Assembly (NCBI GenBank): GCA_002104905.1
Contig: MCFE01000430.1
Location: forward strand, 12,275-76,274
Reading direction: 5' to 3'
From: Basidiobolus meristosporus CBS 931.73
Taxonomy: Eukaryota > Fungi > Basidiobolomycota
Length of the DNA stretch: 64,000 nt
A program made the position numbers and the translations under genes. Within the stretch, counting starts at the first letter, position 1, and each line of letters starts with the position of its first letter. The notes beneath the pieces are model-generated. The model was given only the letters and a program-made list of their open reading frames with translations. It was not told where the DNA came from and searched no databases. Shown in pieces: positions 1 through 13,126 of this stretch.

Positions 1-700
1 ATCTATCCTGCACCTATTGGCTCCTGATGATTGTTTGAGCTTGCATACAAAGTGGGTAATATCTTAGTCAGCAAACCTATCAGGCTGATCCATGTATACA
101 TCTTCTTCAAGTTCCTAATTCAAAGATACAGCATTCACAATCATTTGATGAATAATAAGCTTCTCTATGACTCCAATAATGTATAATAGTTGGATGAAAT
201 TGAACTAGGCTACCACAACAAAGGTTTCAGTGTAGTCTAGTACTTTTGTTTGAGAGTACCCTTTAGCCACAGGTCTTACTATATATCTTTCAATTTTACC
301 ATCAGCCTTGTATTTTGTTGTTAAAAACCATCTACATCCATCTTATTTGGGGTTGATTAGTATATTAACTTAGTCTTAAGATTGGATTTCCATCAGAGCC
401 TCATACTGCTCCGTTATAGCCAATCACCAAAGCTCTGTCCAAGGACTATTTGGGGCCCCTTTGCAGCTTAGGGTGTGTAAATATATGCTGAATAGGCATT
501 GTCTAAGTTTGTCCCTCTTTGATATAACAATTTGGACTATTTCTAATCCTGTAAGATCTCCTTCTATGTATTGCCAAAGCAATCACTTCTGGGATATTCT
601 TGAGAACTGGTTCTGGCTGAGCCACAGTAGTGGAGTCCTTTAAAGTGAAAAAACTCTCATCATTTGCTCTGATTCAATCTTGACTACTGGTAGATTTGAG
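1..700 (-). pseudogene. Degenerate Ty1/Copia reverse transcriptase fragment
   Basis: Hand translation of the minus strand gives broken RT motifs (KYKADGKIERY, GYSQTKVLDYTETF, ELEEDVYMDQPDRF, VCKLKQS) with many stops. Confidence 0.75.
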
Positions 701-718
701 ATCAAGTTTTGTTATCAT

Positions 719-1066
719 TGTTGTAAATGCTTGTAGTTCCAGCTAACTATTCACCTAACTTAGTCACTTAGATCATTACCATCAAATCCTAGAGAATACT
801 GACCAAATTCCATCTTGAGATTTACTTAGAATATTCTCACCAAACTACCAGATACCCAGAACATAAAAAATCTCAAAGCTGTCCTAACAGCCCCAAACAG
901 TGCACACATGTTCTTGGGACCTTCCTTAGCCTATTTTATGTTTTTACTTTGCCAGGATCATGTAAAGTATAAATACTACTTTTACATTCAATAAATCATC
1001 AAGTGAAAACCACATAATCTACTTGTTCTCCCAATCACTTCCAATAACTCCAAGTCTTTTACAACA
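719..1066 (+). repeat. 5' LTR of Copia family 2 (LTR-D, ~348 bp)
   Basis: TGTTG...CAACA ends. It is followed by gattataagtgcc (decayed GGTTATGAGCCC-type PBS) and gag-like sequence. Homologous to 1308-1654, 31474-31590 and 56963-57300. Confidence 0.75.
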
Positions 1067-1129
1067 GATTATAAGTGCCAAGCTGTCACTTGCTGCATTG
1101 TCTACTACTGCTACTACTGGAATTATCTC

Positions 1130-2630
1130 CTCTGCTGAAAAGTTGGATGGATCTAACTAACAAGAATGTAAGGTGAACATGAAGATGTTGCTACAAGAAA
1201 GAGGTCTTTGGGATACTTTCATACGCAAATAATGTGCTCCTAAAAGTGTGGGAGAGGAAACCTTAAAGCACCAGAGAAAAGAACAAAGTGTCTACAACTG
1301 CACTTGCTGCTGTAAGAGTCTTGGAGATAGTGGAGTGATTAGGAGGACAAGTAGATTTTGTGGTTTTCACTTAATGCTTTATTGAATATAAAAGTTGTAC
1401 TATACTTTTGCATGATCCTGGCATAACAAACATGTGGGATAGGTTAAGGAAGGTCCCAAGAACATATGTGCAAAGTTTGGAGCTGTTTGGACAACTTTGA
1501 TAATTTTCATGTTTTGGGTGCCTGATATCTTGGTGAAAATATTCCAAGTAAATCCCAACAAGAAATTAGGTCAGTGTTCTCTAGGATTTGAAGGTAATGA
1601 TCTTAGTGACTAAGTTAGGTGAATACTTAGGTGGAATTAGAAGTTTTTACAATATTTACCTTAATGTTAAAGACAAATTGCTAATTCAATGCTCAAGAGC
1701 ACAAACTGTATAGAATGCCTAGAAGGCATCAAACAACACCTACCAGTCATGTTCAGCTGCTAAGAAAATGAATCTAAGGGAAAAACACTTTGCTACAAAG
1801 ATGCTATTAGCAGATGAAATGAAAAATTTAATTAGTAGGATTACCTGACTGGTGGATGAGATGGAATCTGCGGGTGTACCAACTACTACAGAGGATGTTA
1901 TAGTAACTATCCTGAATAGCCTGACAGAAGAGCTTCAGGGCCTTGTATTAGCCCTAGAGTCCAGAACTGATGTTTTGACCTTAAAATATGTATATGGAAG
2001 GCTCCTGGATGAAGAATTAAAAAATCAAGCTCCAATAAGAAGGAAGAAGAAAATGCCTTAAAAAGCAGTAACAGCCAACAAAAGAGACACCTAAGACCTT
2101 TCAAAGGCAACAGCAATCTGTTCTGTAACTACTGCAATAGGAAAGGACACATATCAGACCAGTGCTTCAAAAAGCGGGAGAGTCAGCAGAAAAGCCTGAA
2201 TATGAAGATGCGGCAACACCTGTAGATAGACTATTCATATCTGCACTAAATATGACCACAAACAGGAATTCACAGATGTGGTATATAGACTCTGGAATAT
2301 CTCAACAGTTTACACACCAAAAAGAACTTTTTCCTAGTATCAAGAAATACCAATCCAGAGGGTTTTCATGGGTGATGATAGAACACTTGAAGCAGTGGAC
2401 AAAGGAACTACTCAGGTAAACCTTAGAAACAGTGAAGGAAGCCATACCATGATCTTTACAGAAGTACTCTACGTACCAGCAATAGCCAAGAACCTACTAT
2501 CTATAAGCAGGGCCACAGATAAAGGACTCAGTTTCAGCTTTGACAGTTCTAGATGCAGGATCACTGATCAAAATGGTGCTCATATTGTACTGGGTATCAG
2601 AAATGTACTACAATAGTCTCTTGGCAAGAC
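1130..2630 (+). pseudogene. Copia family 2 gag-protease relic, split by a solo LTR
   Basis: KMLLQERGLW gag N-terminus; ORF 1852-2061 is UBN2-like gag (ILNSLTEELQGLVLALESR); protease WYIDSG in ORF 2162-2419; EVLYVPAIAKNLLSIS in ORF 2368-2616. Confidence 0.85.
1308..1654 (-). mobile_element. Solo LTR-D in reverse orientation inside gag of its own family
   Basis: Reverse complement of 719-1066. Flanks CTTGC / TTTAC are consistent with a 5-bp TSD carrying two transitions. Confidence 0.75.
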
Positions 2631-5240
2631 TTGTATGGCAGCTTTGCAGTTACAATGCTGCGCACATTTGTTTGAGCAGACTTATACAGCTGGACCATAT
2701 AATTGCCTTAAACAAAAAAAGCCTGGTATTATTTTGATAGCCTTTTTGCAGACTACTGTTGGCATTATCACAACATTAAAGCAACTTGCAGCCAGCTCCT
2801 GTGTTGATCTACCAAAACCAATTTTCTTAGCATACTAATGCTGGGACAAAATATGCCTACTGGTTTGAACTTAGAATGATGCTTATGGAGCAAGTCAAGT
2901 GCATTCTGCCAAGCATTGAGCTCCAGATGCTCCCATGAAATGCTGGCCTTAAGGTGATACCATACTAGAGTTTTTGCAGCCTCTTGACATAGCTCATTCT
3001 TCATTATTTCACTCAGCTGCTTCAGGAATCTTCAATCTCTTTTGATCTTGGGGCTTTAGTATATTTATGATATTCTCCCATCCAATGCATCAATAGGTTT
3101 TTCTGTAGGCTTTATGCTTAAGTAGTGCTATCATGCCTCAAAGACAGTAGGGCATTCTTCTGCTATCCCAACAAGAAAAAATTAACAAAAGGCTAGCAGA
3201 ATGCCATCATATAATTGGCTGAATTTCAAGTTTCCAAAATCTGACAACTATCATTATCTCACGTACTAGCAGTTGGGCAGACAAGCAAATATATTTTCCA
3301 AGAGGAGACTTGGCCAACCAGGATTCAAGAAAATGACCCAACTCTTAGCTATGCAATTGAGCTACTTGTGTTCTTTCTTTGCTATGAACATACTATGTAT
3401 TCAGCCTGAGATACTAATTGCTCTAAACTTGTTATCTGCTCAGCCAGTCTCTGGACTGCATTCTGATTTGCCCTGTGCCTCTGCATCTATTCTTCTAGCT
3501 ACTGCACGTGAATGCATCATTGAAGACTTTGTGTTGGTGGCAACATACTTACAAGTAGTGGTGACTGTGATATTGCATTGCCATTTGCTGTTTTTGAACC
3601 CAGGGAATTGGCTTATTACATGTGCATCTGCATGAGCTTTGTGGTCAGCTTGCAGCACTGCATATATTTTTAACTGCCTACTTTACTGAGAGCTTGAGGA
3701 GACTGCATTATTACCATTGGTTAGCTACTTGTCAACATAGCCCTGTGTGGATGTAGCCCTGCTTGCTGCACTTAATGTCAAAGCAAGCAGCTGTTTGACC
3801 ACCCTGTTGCTACATAATGCAGTGGGGCTTGGCTGGCAGCTATGGTATTGGAAATTATTCCATCAATACAATTTTGCAAGACCAATATTTCACTCATCTC
3901 TTTATTTTGCCTTCTGTGTTTGTAATCACAAATGAGAGATTATGTGTCTTTCAGCTCTTAAGGACAAAAGCTCAGAACCCAGAGACCAATCCATCTAGGA
4001 TTATTATTCCATGCAGAGCACTTAGCTGCCAGTATATGCTTCAGACTACAGCTCATTCAAAGCAGTGACTGGGAAGCTATGATCTCCAGAGTTCATTGAT
4101 TATATTGGCCATCTATTGCTAGTTTTACTATAATGATTATGACTGTGCGTAACTATTGATCTAGCCAGTGAAGTTTAGAGCAGCTTTTACAGGTGCTGTG
4201 CCTATGTTCAATCTGTGTGGCTACTGTATTTAGCTTTGTATGATGTGCATTGTCAGTGCAACTGTCCAAAAATCTTGAATTTTTGAGGAATTCCATATAT
4301 GGGACTTCCAAAGTCAAAAAATAGAAGATGGCATTACTTTCCCAAATCTCTACATTACAATTAAAAGCCTAAAGTGGCTAAGACTTCCCCTGCATCACTT
4401 GCACTGATGAGTAGCCTGACTTTGATCAATACTGCACCAGTGAAGTCACTTCAAGGCTCACACATTACAATATGAGTTCTGCAATAGTACTACCACTTTT
4501 CTGTTAGAGAGGTCCCCTCTCAGAAGCTCCTTCACTGTAGAGCACCCCTTTAGGGAGAAGATCCCTTTGGAAACCCCCTTATGAAAACTCCTTAGGCACC
4601 CCTTCAGTGTAAAGTTCCTTCAAGAGACCACTTGAAGTGGTCTATTTACTCCAGAGACATCTTTATATACATCACTTCAGGTCCAAAGTCCCCTTCAAGC
4701 ACCTCTTCAACATTCCCCTTAGGTTGAAGGGGGGTCAAATAGCTTGAAATCAGGTGAAATCTTCTCTGAAAGAAGAGTGACTTCCAAATACAAAAATATC
4801 TCTAAAAGTGAATGAGCAAGTAAGTCATAGAAGTTCCAACATCTGCTCTGGATGTGAAGCACATTGCATATAGCTTATTTACAGGCCAAGCTCAAGAATA
4901 TTGTAAGTTTTATGCTCTATTGAGTTATTGGACACTCAATAGGCTACTACATTACCTAAGTACTGGCAGTGGTTACATATTATAAATCCATCTTTATATA
5001 GTTGAACAAGCCTTAAACCATTCCTAACACCACATAACACAAACAGATAACTTTGCTTTATTTTTTACCAGCATACACACATGAAATTGTGTCAAACTAA
5101 AGGAGATTTAGAGTTGCATATACATGAGCATATTGTGCCACAAGTTATTTATAATGCTTTCTGTGATGGGACACTAATTGGACTCATGTTCATGCAGGCG
5201 CAATGCCTCATATGCAGGATTATTTTAAGCTCACATAACT
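2630..5240 (-). mobile_element. Degenerate CMC/EnSpm-like element fragment (accessory ORF plus intergenic region), interrupted by LTR-B
   Basis: ORF 2768-3004 (ISWEHLELNAWQNALDLLHKHHSKFK) matches 57644-58273. Segment 5040-5240 matches the intergenic region 58540-58740. Confidence 0.7.
3842..5044 (+). repeat. Solo LTR-B (Gypsy family B), approximate ends
   Basis: Reverse complement of 5785-6878 and 23083-24248, including the internal CCCC/GGGG-rich tandem tract. TSD not resolvable. Confidence 0.65.
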
Positions 5241-5244
5241 GTAG

Positions 5245-8215
5245 CTCATTAAGAATAACTGTGATGATCCCACTAAAAGGCCATCAAAAAATTGTTATCC
5301 AATGATTAAGAGGTATTAGTTCAATCAGAACATCATGTAAAGACCATCAAGGAAAATTGCACCTTATATTTCACAAATACTGAGTCAAAGCTTATCATCA
5401 AAACAATAAATATATGGCACTAATTTGTCCACTGCCAGTTTTCTCACTTTTGGTTCCCAGGCACTTAATCACTTCCTACACTTGTGTGAAGTGTTTGGCT
5501 ATAACCACCTTTTCACACTCCTTAGTTCTTGACTCAACCAATGCTCTTGCTTCTCATGCATATGAACTGATCTATTTCCATTTAAACTTCCATTGTGACT
5601 CAATTGCCAATAGCACTGACCTATACAAGTCCCTGTTTGCAACACTAACATTATGCCCAACACCACATTCCACATGCAAGTCCACAAAAATCCACCATTC
5701 TATAAGTACTTCCGCTATTGCTCCCTATTTCTATAACCAGGATAGGAACCATACAACTTTATGCCATTCTTCATTCACTGGCTCTGTTGTGTTGTATTAT
5801 GATTAGCTTGGGGCTTGTTCTACAATGTAGAGGCTAATCTACAATATACAACAACTTTCAGTATGCTAATACTGAAATAGTTTATTGGGAATTTGATATA
5901 CCAATAGAAGATATAACTTTCACTTCTGAGAAAATATTTCATAATATGGAAATTCTAAACTCCCCATTAACCTGATGGGGTGTGTTGTAGGAGTCTCTAA
6001 AGGGGTCTGTGGACTTAAAGGGGTGTCTGAAGGGGTGTCTTTAGAGTAAAGGGGCTTCTTGTAGTGGTCTCTAAAATAGACTTTACACTAAAGAGGTGCC
6101 TAAAGGGGCTTCTTTAGAGTGAAGGGGTTTTTAAAGTGGTCTCTAAAGGGGTCTTTAGACTAAAAGGGTGTCATTAGAGTAAAGGGGTTTCTTGGACGGG
6201 ACTTTTCCAACAGAAAAGTGGTAGTTTTTTGTTGAACTTAGATTGGATTCTTGTGAGCTTTGCAGTCTCTTTACTGATGGAGTACCAATCAAAGTTAGAA
6301 TACTCAACAGTGCAAGTGATGCAGGGGAAGTCTTATAACCTTTGAATTTGTAATTGTAGCACAGAGATTATGGAAAGAGAGGCTCCCTTTTATTTTTCAG
6401 ATGGGGAAGTCATATATATGAAATTTCTGAAGGAACAAAGCTTTTGGGCAATTGCACAAGCAATACACATGATACAAATCTCCAATTTTGTTGTGGCACA
6501 GATCAGACATAGGCGCAGCACCCATAAGAATCTCATGTGATTTGATTGGCTGGCTCAAAGGTTATATGCAATCAAAGTCACCATAGTAATCCTAGCAATA
6601 GTGGCCTAGTATCTATAATAGTTGGACTCTTTTGGTCATAACTCCTTAAGTACTGCTTCCAATGAGCAGTAATTTGAAACATATGTTGGCTACTGCATGT
6701 TCCATATGACATAATATTCTTGGGTGGATTTCTGATCAGGGTCTGGAGTATTTGTCCCTCAAAATTGGAGTTTCTTGATCTTTCACTTGTGTGTTACAAT
6801 AGCAAAAAGCAAAATAAAGAAATGAGTGCAATATTGGTTTTGAGATATTGTAGTAATGAAAAGTATTCCATTACTACAGCTCCCATATGTCCTGGTCTTC
6901 AGCCAGAGCTGTAAGGTCTAGCGCCTCATCTGGCAGCTGTTGCAATAAATTCTTCCAATATTGCGGTGTGTATGCATCAGCACTGCTTTTGAAGAAGAGC
7001 TGCAACCCCTTGGTGTGCCTATGTGTATTCCAAATTCCAGGAATTGCAATGGTTTTTTGAGTTCTTGATGTTGTTGTTGAGTCTATCCCTGAGAGCTCCA
7101 CTCTGCCTACTGTGGAGGATTTAGAGGCAGTGGTTGACAACTACATTTCTTTTCCAACTCACCTACCTCACTGTAGTGTAGCTTTACTGGCTGTTTCCAC
7201 ATTTGGTCAAAATAGGCGTTGTCTTAATGATGACTCTTCTTGGCTATGATGGAATTCAGCCTGTACTGGGCTGAATGCAATAATATGGCACATGCTGCAC
7301 CTTTCTCCTCACACTTCTTGTCTTGGTCTTGGGCTTACTTTTTTCTCTTTGCATTTACCTTAATCATTGCCAAGTCTTTCAATGCTACTTTGACTGAGTA
7401 CTTTGTGAGCGGTACTTTGTATTTTCCTTAATAAATGCAGCACTGGTGCATGTGTTTTGCCTGTTTGTCCCTTGAAGGCACTCTCCTGGTAGCCTGGTAT
7501 TTCTTTATCACTTGTTTGGAACTTTCAGCCCTGCCTGTGACAGGCACCTACAAAAGCTGCAGGCTTATCACTGTCAGGTCCTTCACTGCAGCTGCTACTG
7601 AGTGCTTCTTGCATTCAGCTACAATTTCTCCTTCATAAATGCTGCACTGATGCATCAGTGTCTGCCTGCTTGTTCCTTGCTGGCACTGTGGAGGCCACTG
7701 GATGTTTCTTTGCTTTGTGTTTGGAGCTTTCAGCCCAGCTTGCAACAGGTTCTGGAGGATGCCACAGGCATTTAGGTGTGGCACCCTTGCTCTTCAGCCT
7801 TTGTTAGTTTTGCTATTCTTTATATAGTTTTTTAGGATACTAATGCTGACCCAGAAACTGTTTACTTGCTTGGATCTAGGATGATGCTCATGGAGCAGGT
7901 CAACTGCATGCTACTTGGCCTTGACCTCCTAATGGTCCCATGGCATGCTGGCCTCAAGGTGATGCTGTGCTAGACTTCAGATGGCCTCTTGAATATTAGT
8001 CTACTCTACATTATTGCACACAATGACTTTGCAGATCTTCAATGTCTTCTGATTTTAGGCTTGGGCATAAGCACTATAGTCTCACCCTCCCATGCTGTGA
8101 TAGCTTGTTTTTGGGGCTTTATCTTAGGGCACTGTTGTCGTGCTTCATGGAATTTATGATGTTCTGCTGCTGTTGCAATGTGAAATTGCTCATTTCTTGG
8201 CTGCAATGTTGCCTG
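5245..8215 (-). mobile_element. Degenerate CMC-like element, accessory-ORF arm (probably continues at 15732-16400)
   Basis: Homologous to 8498-11821 (YEGEIVAECKKHSVAAAVKDL; QCPKIKPQKQAITAWEGETIV). The left terminus is heavily decayed. Confidence 0.65.
5785..6878 (-). mobile_element. Solo LTR-B (1094 bp) with 4-bp TSD GCTC
   Basis: TG...CA ends; GCTC at 5781-5784 and 6879-6882. The flanks rejoin into the CMC accessory ORF seen uninterrupted near 44530. Confidence 0.85.
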
Positions 8216-8337
8216 AAGATGCAGAGCTATGTTTAACACTCTGTGGCCAAGTATAGGCTCACTTGGCCTCTCTGGCACTCTATGGCATTGTTTGGCACTC
8301 ATGGCTCAATGTGGCATTATTCAACTGAACAAGTATA
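8215..8337. repeat. Terminal arm fragment of the foldback element
   Basis: Matches 51205-51329 (ggcactcatggctcaatgtggc...gaacaagt). Confidence 0.75.
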
Positions 8338-8339
8338 CT

Positions 8340-8497
8340 GTCTGCAGTATATATTGAGCCTAAGATGAGGATATTAGTGAGAGTTATATCTTCTATTGGT
8401 ATATCAATCTCCTAATAAACTACTTCCATATTAGCAAACTGGAAGTTGTTATATATTGTTGATTAGCCTCTATACTGAAGAACAAGCCCAAGACAAA
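8340..8497 (+). repeat. LTR-B terminal fragment
   Basis: Reverse complement of about 5805-5930. Confidence 0.6.
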
Positions 8498-10508
8498 CCC
8501 TACAAAAAATTAATGAGATGATTGCATCAAAAGGCAGTCACAAAGTTAAATTCTCATGACTAAGAGGTATTGATCTTGTCAGGACACCATCCAGAGACCT
8601 TTGAACAATAATTGTACCCCAGATCTCACAAAAAACTTGGTCAAAATTTTTCATCACAACAATGTATAAGTGGCTTTAGATTGGTTCCCTGCCAATTTGC
8701 TCACTTTCTCATCCCAGACACTCTATAGCCTCCTACATATGTGTGAATTGATTGGCTATTGCCTCTTTTCACAGTCCTTACTTCTGGACTCAACCATTTC
8801 TCTACTTTTCATGCGTACAAATTGATTTATTTCCGTTGAAACTTCAGTTGTACCTCAATTGCCAATTGTATTGACCTATACAAGTCTCTATACCTGGCAC
8901 AAACATTAAGCCTAACCCCACATTCAACAAGTGACTTTATTAAAATCCACCACTCAATAAGTATTTCTGCTGTAATGCTCTGGTTCCACAACTTTGGCAG
9001 GAGCCCAATGGCTTATGCCACTGTTCATTCACTAATTCCGACATGTCCTGGTCTTTAGCTGGCTACGCAAGGTCTAGCTCCTCATCTGCCAGTTTTTGTA
9101 ATAAATCCTTGCTGAATTCCAGTATGTTTTCTTGAGCACTGCTCTTGAAGCAGTGCCCCAACCTCTTGTTGTGCCTGTGTGTGTCCCAAAACTCCACTGA
9201 AGGCATTGTAATTGTCTTTCAAACTCTTGACATTGTAGCCTTGTCTTTCAGTGGAATCTCCACTCTGTCAACAATGCAGGTTGTGGTAGACAAATTGCCT
9301 TTTTCAGCAAGCTCATCTACCTTGCTGGAGTGTAGGTCAACTGGCTGCGCTACCAACTCTTGTGGAAACAGCTGTTTTCTTATTGGTAATTCTTCTTGGC
9401 TATGATGGGACTCAGTCTGTTCCTGGCTTGTGGCGTTAATTGGCAAGAACTGCTGTTTCTTTTGCATGTCTCCCTAACTTAGGCTTGGGTAGACACTTTC
9501 CCCTTTACCTTTTCCTTTATCACTGACAGGTCTTTCACTGCTACTTTATCTGAGTGCTTCTTGTAAAGAACTATGTTTTCTCCGGGATAAATTTGACTTT
9601 TTTCTCTCTGCATTTACCTTAATCATTGCCAAGTCTTTCAATACTACTTTGACTGCGTACTTTGTGAGCTGTACTTTGTATTTTCCTTAATAAATGCATC
9701 ACTGGTGCATGTGTTTTGGCATGCTTGTCCCTTGCTAGCACTCTTCTGGCAACCTGAAGTTTCTTTTCCACTTGTTTTGAGCTCTCAACCATAGTTGTGA
9801 TGGGTGCCTGTAAAGTGGCAGGTTTTTATTGCAACCAGGTCCTTCACTGCTACTTTGACTGGGTGCTTCTTGAGTGGTACTACACTTTTTCCTTGATAAA
9901 TGCTCTGCTGGTGCATCCATGTCTGCCTACTTGTCCCTAATTGGCACTCTTCCTGCTGCCTGACATCTCTTTGATGCTTGTCTGGATCTTTTGGCCCTGC
10001 TTGTAACAGGCTCTTGAAGAAGCCACTGGCTTTTAGCCATGGTACCCTTATTCTTCTGTCTTTGACAGATTCAGCTATTCTTAAGATACTTTCTTAGCAT
10101 ATCAATGCTGGCCCAAAATCCATTAGCCCATTTGAATCCAGGATAATGCTCATGGAACAAGTCAAGTGCATTCTACTTGGCCTTGAGTTCTTGATGGTCC
10201 CACAGTTTGCTGGCCTTTAGGTGATGGCATGTTAGACTGCTGATGGCCTCTTGTATATTAGCCCACTCTTCATTATTGCACTCAAAGGCTTCAAGGATCT
10301 TCAATGTTTTTAGATTTTTAAACTTTGGTATAAACACCACATTGTCTCCCTCCCACACTGTGATAGGTTTTTCTGTGGGCTTATCTTTGGGCACTGTTGT
10401 TGTGCTACAAAGACTTTACAGTATTCCTCTGCTGTTATATTGGGAAATGACTCAATTCTTGGCTGTAACATTGAGCTACTTGAGGTCCTTCTTTGCAGCA
10501 AAGATACT

Positions 10509-10689
10509 AGACTTGTTCTATTGTGCCATTGATAATAGTGCCAGAAAGTGCTGTATATTTTGTTATTAATTTGATACTTAAGGGTCATATGCATGTCAAT
10601 TTTGATCCCAAATTGGTACTGTATGGCACCATCTGGCATGCTATGGCACTATTGGGTACTATGATCAGCTGGAATGATGGAACAGGTCT
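10509..10689. mobile_element. 181-bp MITE sharing termini with the foldback family
   Basis: AGACTTGTTC...GAACAGGTCT with flanks ACT/ATT. The empty site in the homolog (58075-58090) reads GAT-ACT-GCTTTC. Confidence 0.8.
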
Positions 10690-10713
10690 ATTGCTTTCTA
10701 TACCTGAGATATT

Positions 10714-11361
10714 ATACTTGTTCTGTTGGATAGTGCCACATTGAGACATGAGTGCCAAATGATGGCATAGTATGCCAAGAAGGCCAAGGGAGAAAATTAA
10801 ATTTTTGACCTATTTTTTTAGGTCAATATTGTGCAGGATGTGTAAGAGAACAAAAAGATTGAAGACATGCAACTTTTACTCAATACCCATGGCACCATGA
10901 ATCTTGCTCCTGTAGCGTGTATAATGTCACAAAATTCATGGCACTATTTTGGTCCACTGGGGATATTAGGCACTCTATTTAAATAGTAGCCCTAAAGTAA
11001 GACCTATATAAAGGACTTATAATTCCACATAGTACCAGTGGATCAGGATAGTGCCATGAATTTTGTGACATTATACAAGCTACAGGAGCTAGATTAAGAG
11101 TGCCATGGGTATTGAGTATCAGATGTATGTCTTCAGTCCCTCTGTACTCTGACATATCCAGAACAATGTTGAGTAAAAAAAAAGGTCTTAAATGGATTTT
11201 CATCAGCAAAATAGGTGAAATACAGGGGCCACTTTGCATGAAGATGCAGAGCTATATTTCACACTCTGTGGCCAAGTGTAGCCTCACTTGGCCTCCTTGG
11301 CACACTACAATATCATTTGGCACTCATGACTCAATGTGGCACTATCCCACAGTACAAGTCT
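10714..11361. mobile_element. Foldback (palindromic) non-autonomous element, copy 1, with deletion in left arm
   Basis: Long inverted arms and ATT TSD (10711-10713, 11362-11364). The empty site in the homolog has a single ATT at 58101-58103. Confidence 0.9.
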
Positions 11362-12012
11362 ATTGATTGCTCTACACATATTATCTGCTTATTCTGTTTC
11401 TGGACTATTTCCTGATTTCTCTGGGCCATTGCATCTATCCTATCAGCCACTGCGCCTAATTGCTTCATTAGTTCTTCAGTATGAGCTGACAGCATACTTG
11501 CTAATGTGGATGGTGGTGATGTTGTCATGGCCACTTGCTGATCTTCAACTAAGGGTACTGTGCTTGCTACATTCTCATCTGCCTGAGCATAATGGTCAGC
11601 TTGTGGCTCTGTAGAGGCTCTCAAATGCCTACTTGACTGAGAGCCTGAGGAGTCTGCATTATTTTCTTCAATGGGAACACTGTCCACAGGGCCTTTTTTG
11701 GATGTAGCTTCACTTGTTGCACTGAATGGCAAAGCAAGCTGTTGTCCAACTGCTCTTCTATAGCCATCAGCAGTGGGGTTTGGTTGAGAACCAGACACTT
11801 TGCTTTATTTTTTGGTGGCATATATATGGAAGTGAGTAAAACCAAAGGGGAAATAGTGTTACATATATGTGTGTATGAGGTGCCACAACTTTATTTCTAA
11901 TGCTTAGTATGGGGGGTCATCATTTAATCTTACATTCATGTAGGTGCAATGTCTCAAATACAAGACTGTTTTAAGTTCAAATGAGATTGACCAAAAAGTG
12001 ATATAATAGCAT

Positions 12013-13092
12013 TGTGGTGGTGTATAAGTCCAAAGGGCAAAATACAGCCAACACTTCTCAAGTGTGAATGTGTGTGGGGTGTTCACTGGATCCAATAACC
12101 TCTGGCAAAAGCTTGCTAGGAATACAGGGTCTTTTGTCTAATCTAATGTGAAGGGGGATAAAGCCTCAAGCTTGTCAAGGGAAAACTATTGAGCTACAAT
12201 CCTCAACTTAGTTGGCATCTTAACAAAAGTTTTTAATGGCTTCAACATCCTTTGAGATGACAGTGTACTAAAGCTTCCAAAGTCAAAACAACTGTAAACT
12301 CCACCAATAGGGACTTGATAAGAATGCAGCTCAGATCTATAGTTACAAAGACTGAAATATATATTTGCATGTACAAGAACAAACTTGGGAAAACAATCAA
12401 ATATAATAAAATATAACTACTCTAGGAACTTCTCACAAGTAGTGCCTCCAAGGTCAGTTGGCTGTCAGTGTGGTTTCCCAGGAGTATTGTCAGGTCTGAG
12501 TCAGAAAGTAGTGGTAAAAGGCAACAGTGATCTCACTAATCAATAAGTTAGAATATTGAAAGAGGGATCATTTATTTTTAATTGATAGTCACCCTTATAT
12601 ACTTTTTTTTCTGCTCAAATTCTTTCTAGAAAATACTTTCTGGAAGTTTCCAGAAGGTAGTAGAAAGCCAATCATGTCATTGTGTACCAAAAATAGCTCA
12701 AATTCTTGGTGGATTGTTTCATGAGACATAGTAGTACCTAGCCAATCAGATAGAGGTAATATGAAACCTCTGTGTCATGTAGTCACCTTATATTGTAGTG
12801 GGATAGGAGTGGTATGAAGCTAGAATGCTCACATGACATAAGCACTGTGGAGGTACCTGCTTTATATGGTAACTATCTTATCTTGGCATCTTGGCAAGGA
12901 ATAGGAATAGCTTGTGCAATGGGTCAATAGTGACAAATAGTTTGCCAGGTCACATAGCAATGATCACATAGACAGATAGAAAATATTGCAATTTGGGATG
13001 ATACTAATACAGGGGGGGGTAATCTTTTTTAGGGAAGTGAATGTATGGGAATGAGCACATCTGCCTGTGGGTGTCACTGTGACCCCACTACA
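12013..13092 (-). mobile_element. Solo LTR-A (Gypsy family A, 1080 bp) with TSD GCAT
   Basis: Reverse complement of 59088-60159. GCAT at 12009-12012 and 13093-13096; the empty site in the homolog is GCGT (58750-58753). Confidence 0.9.
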
Positions 13093-13126
13093 GCATTACA
13101 TTGTTGAAGGTCACACTGTTTGCCCC

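Larger units (their letters stand above)
8560..11821 (-). pseudogene. CMC accessory ORF relic (MPPKNKAK...), interrupted by two foldback/MITE insertions
   Basis: Track ORFs 11621-11845, 11331-11798, 10310-10639, 10173-10394 and 9219-9467 are consecutive pieces homologous to 57644-58561 and to the other copies. Confidence 0.7.

Noticed and set aside
5990-6215. Short repeats that could be taken for a CRISPR array
   Set aside because: The units are imperfect and adjacent, with no unique spacers, and sit inside a eukaryotic LTR.
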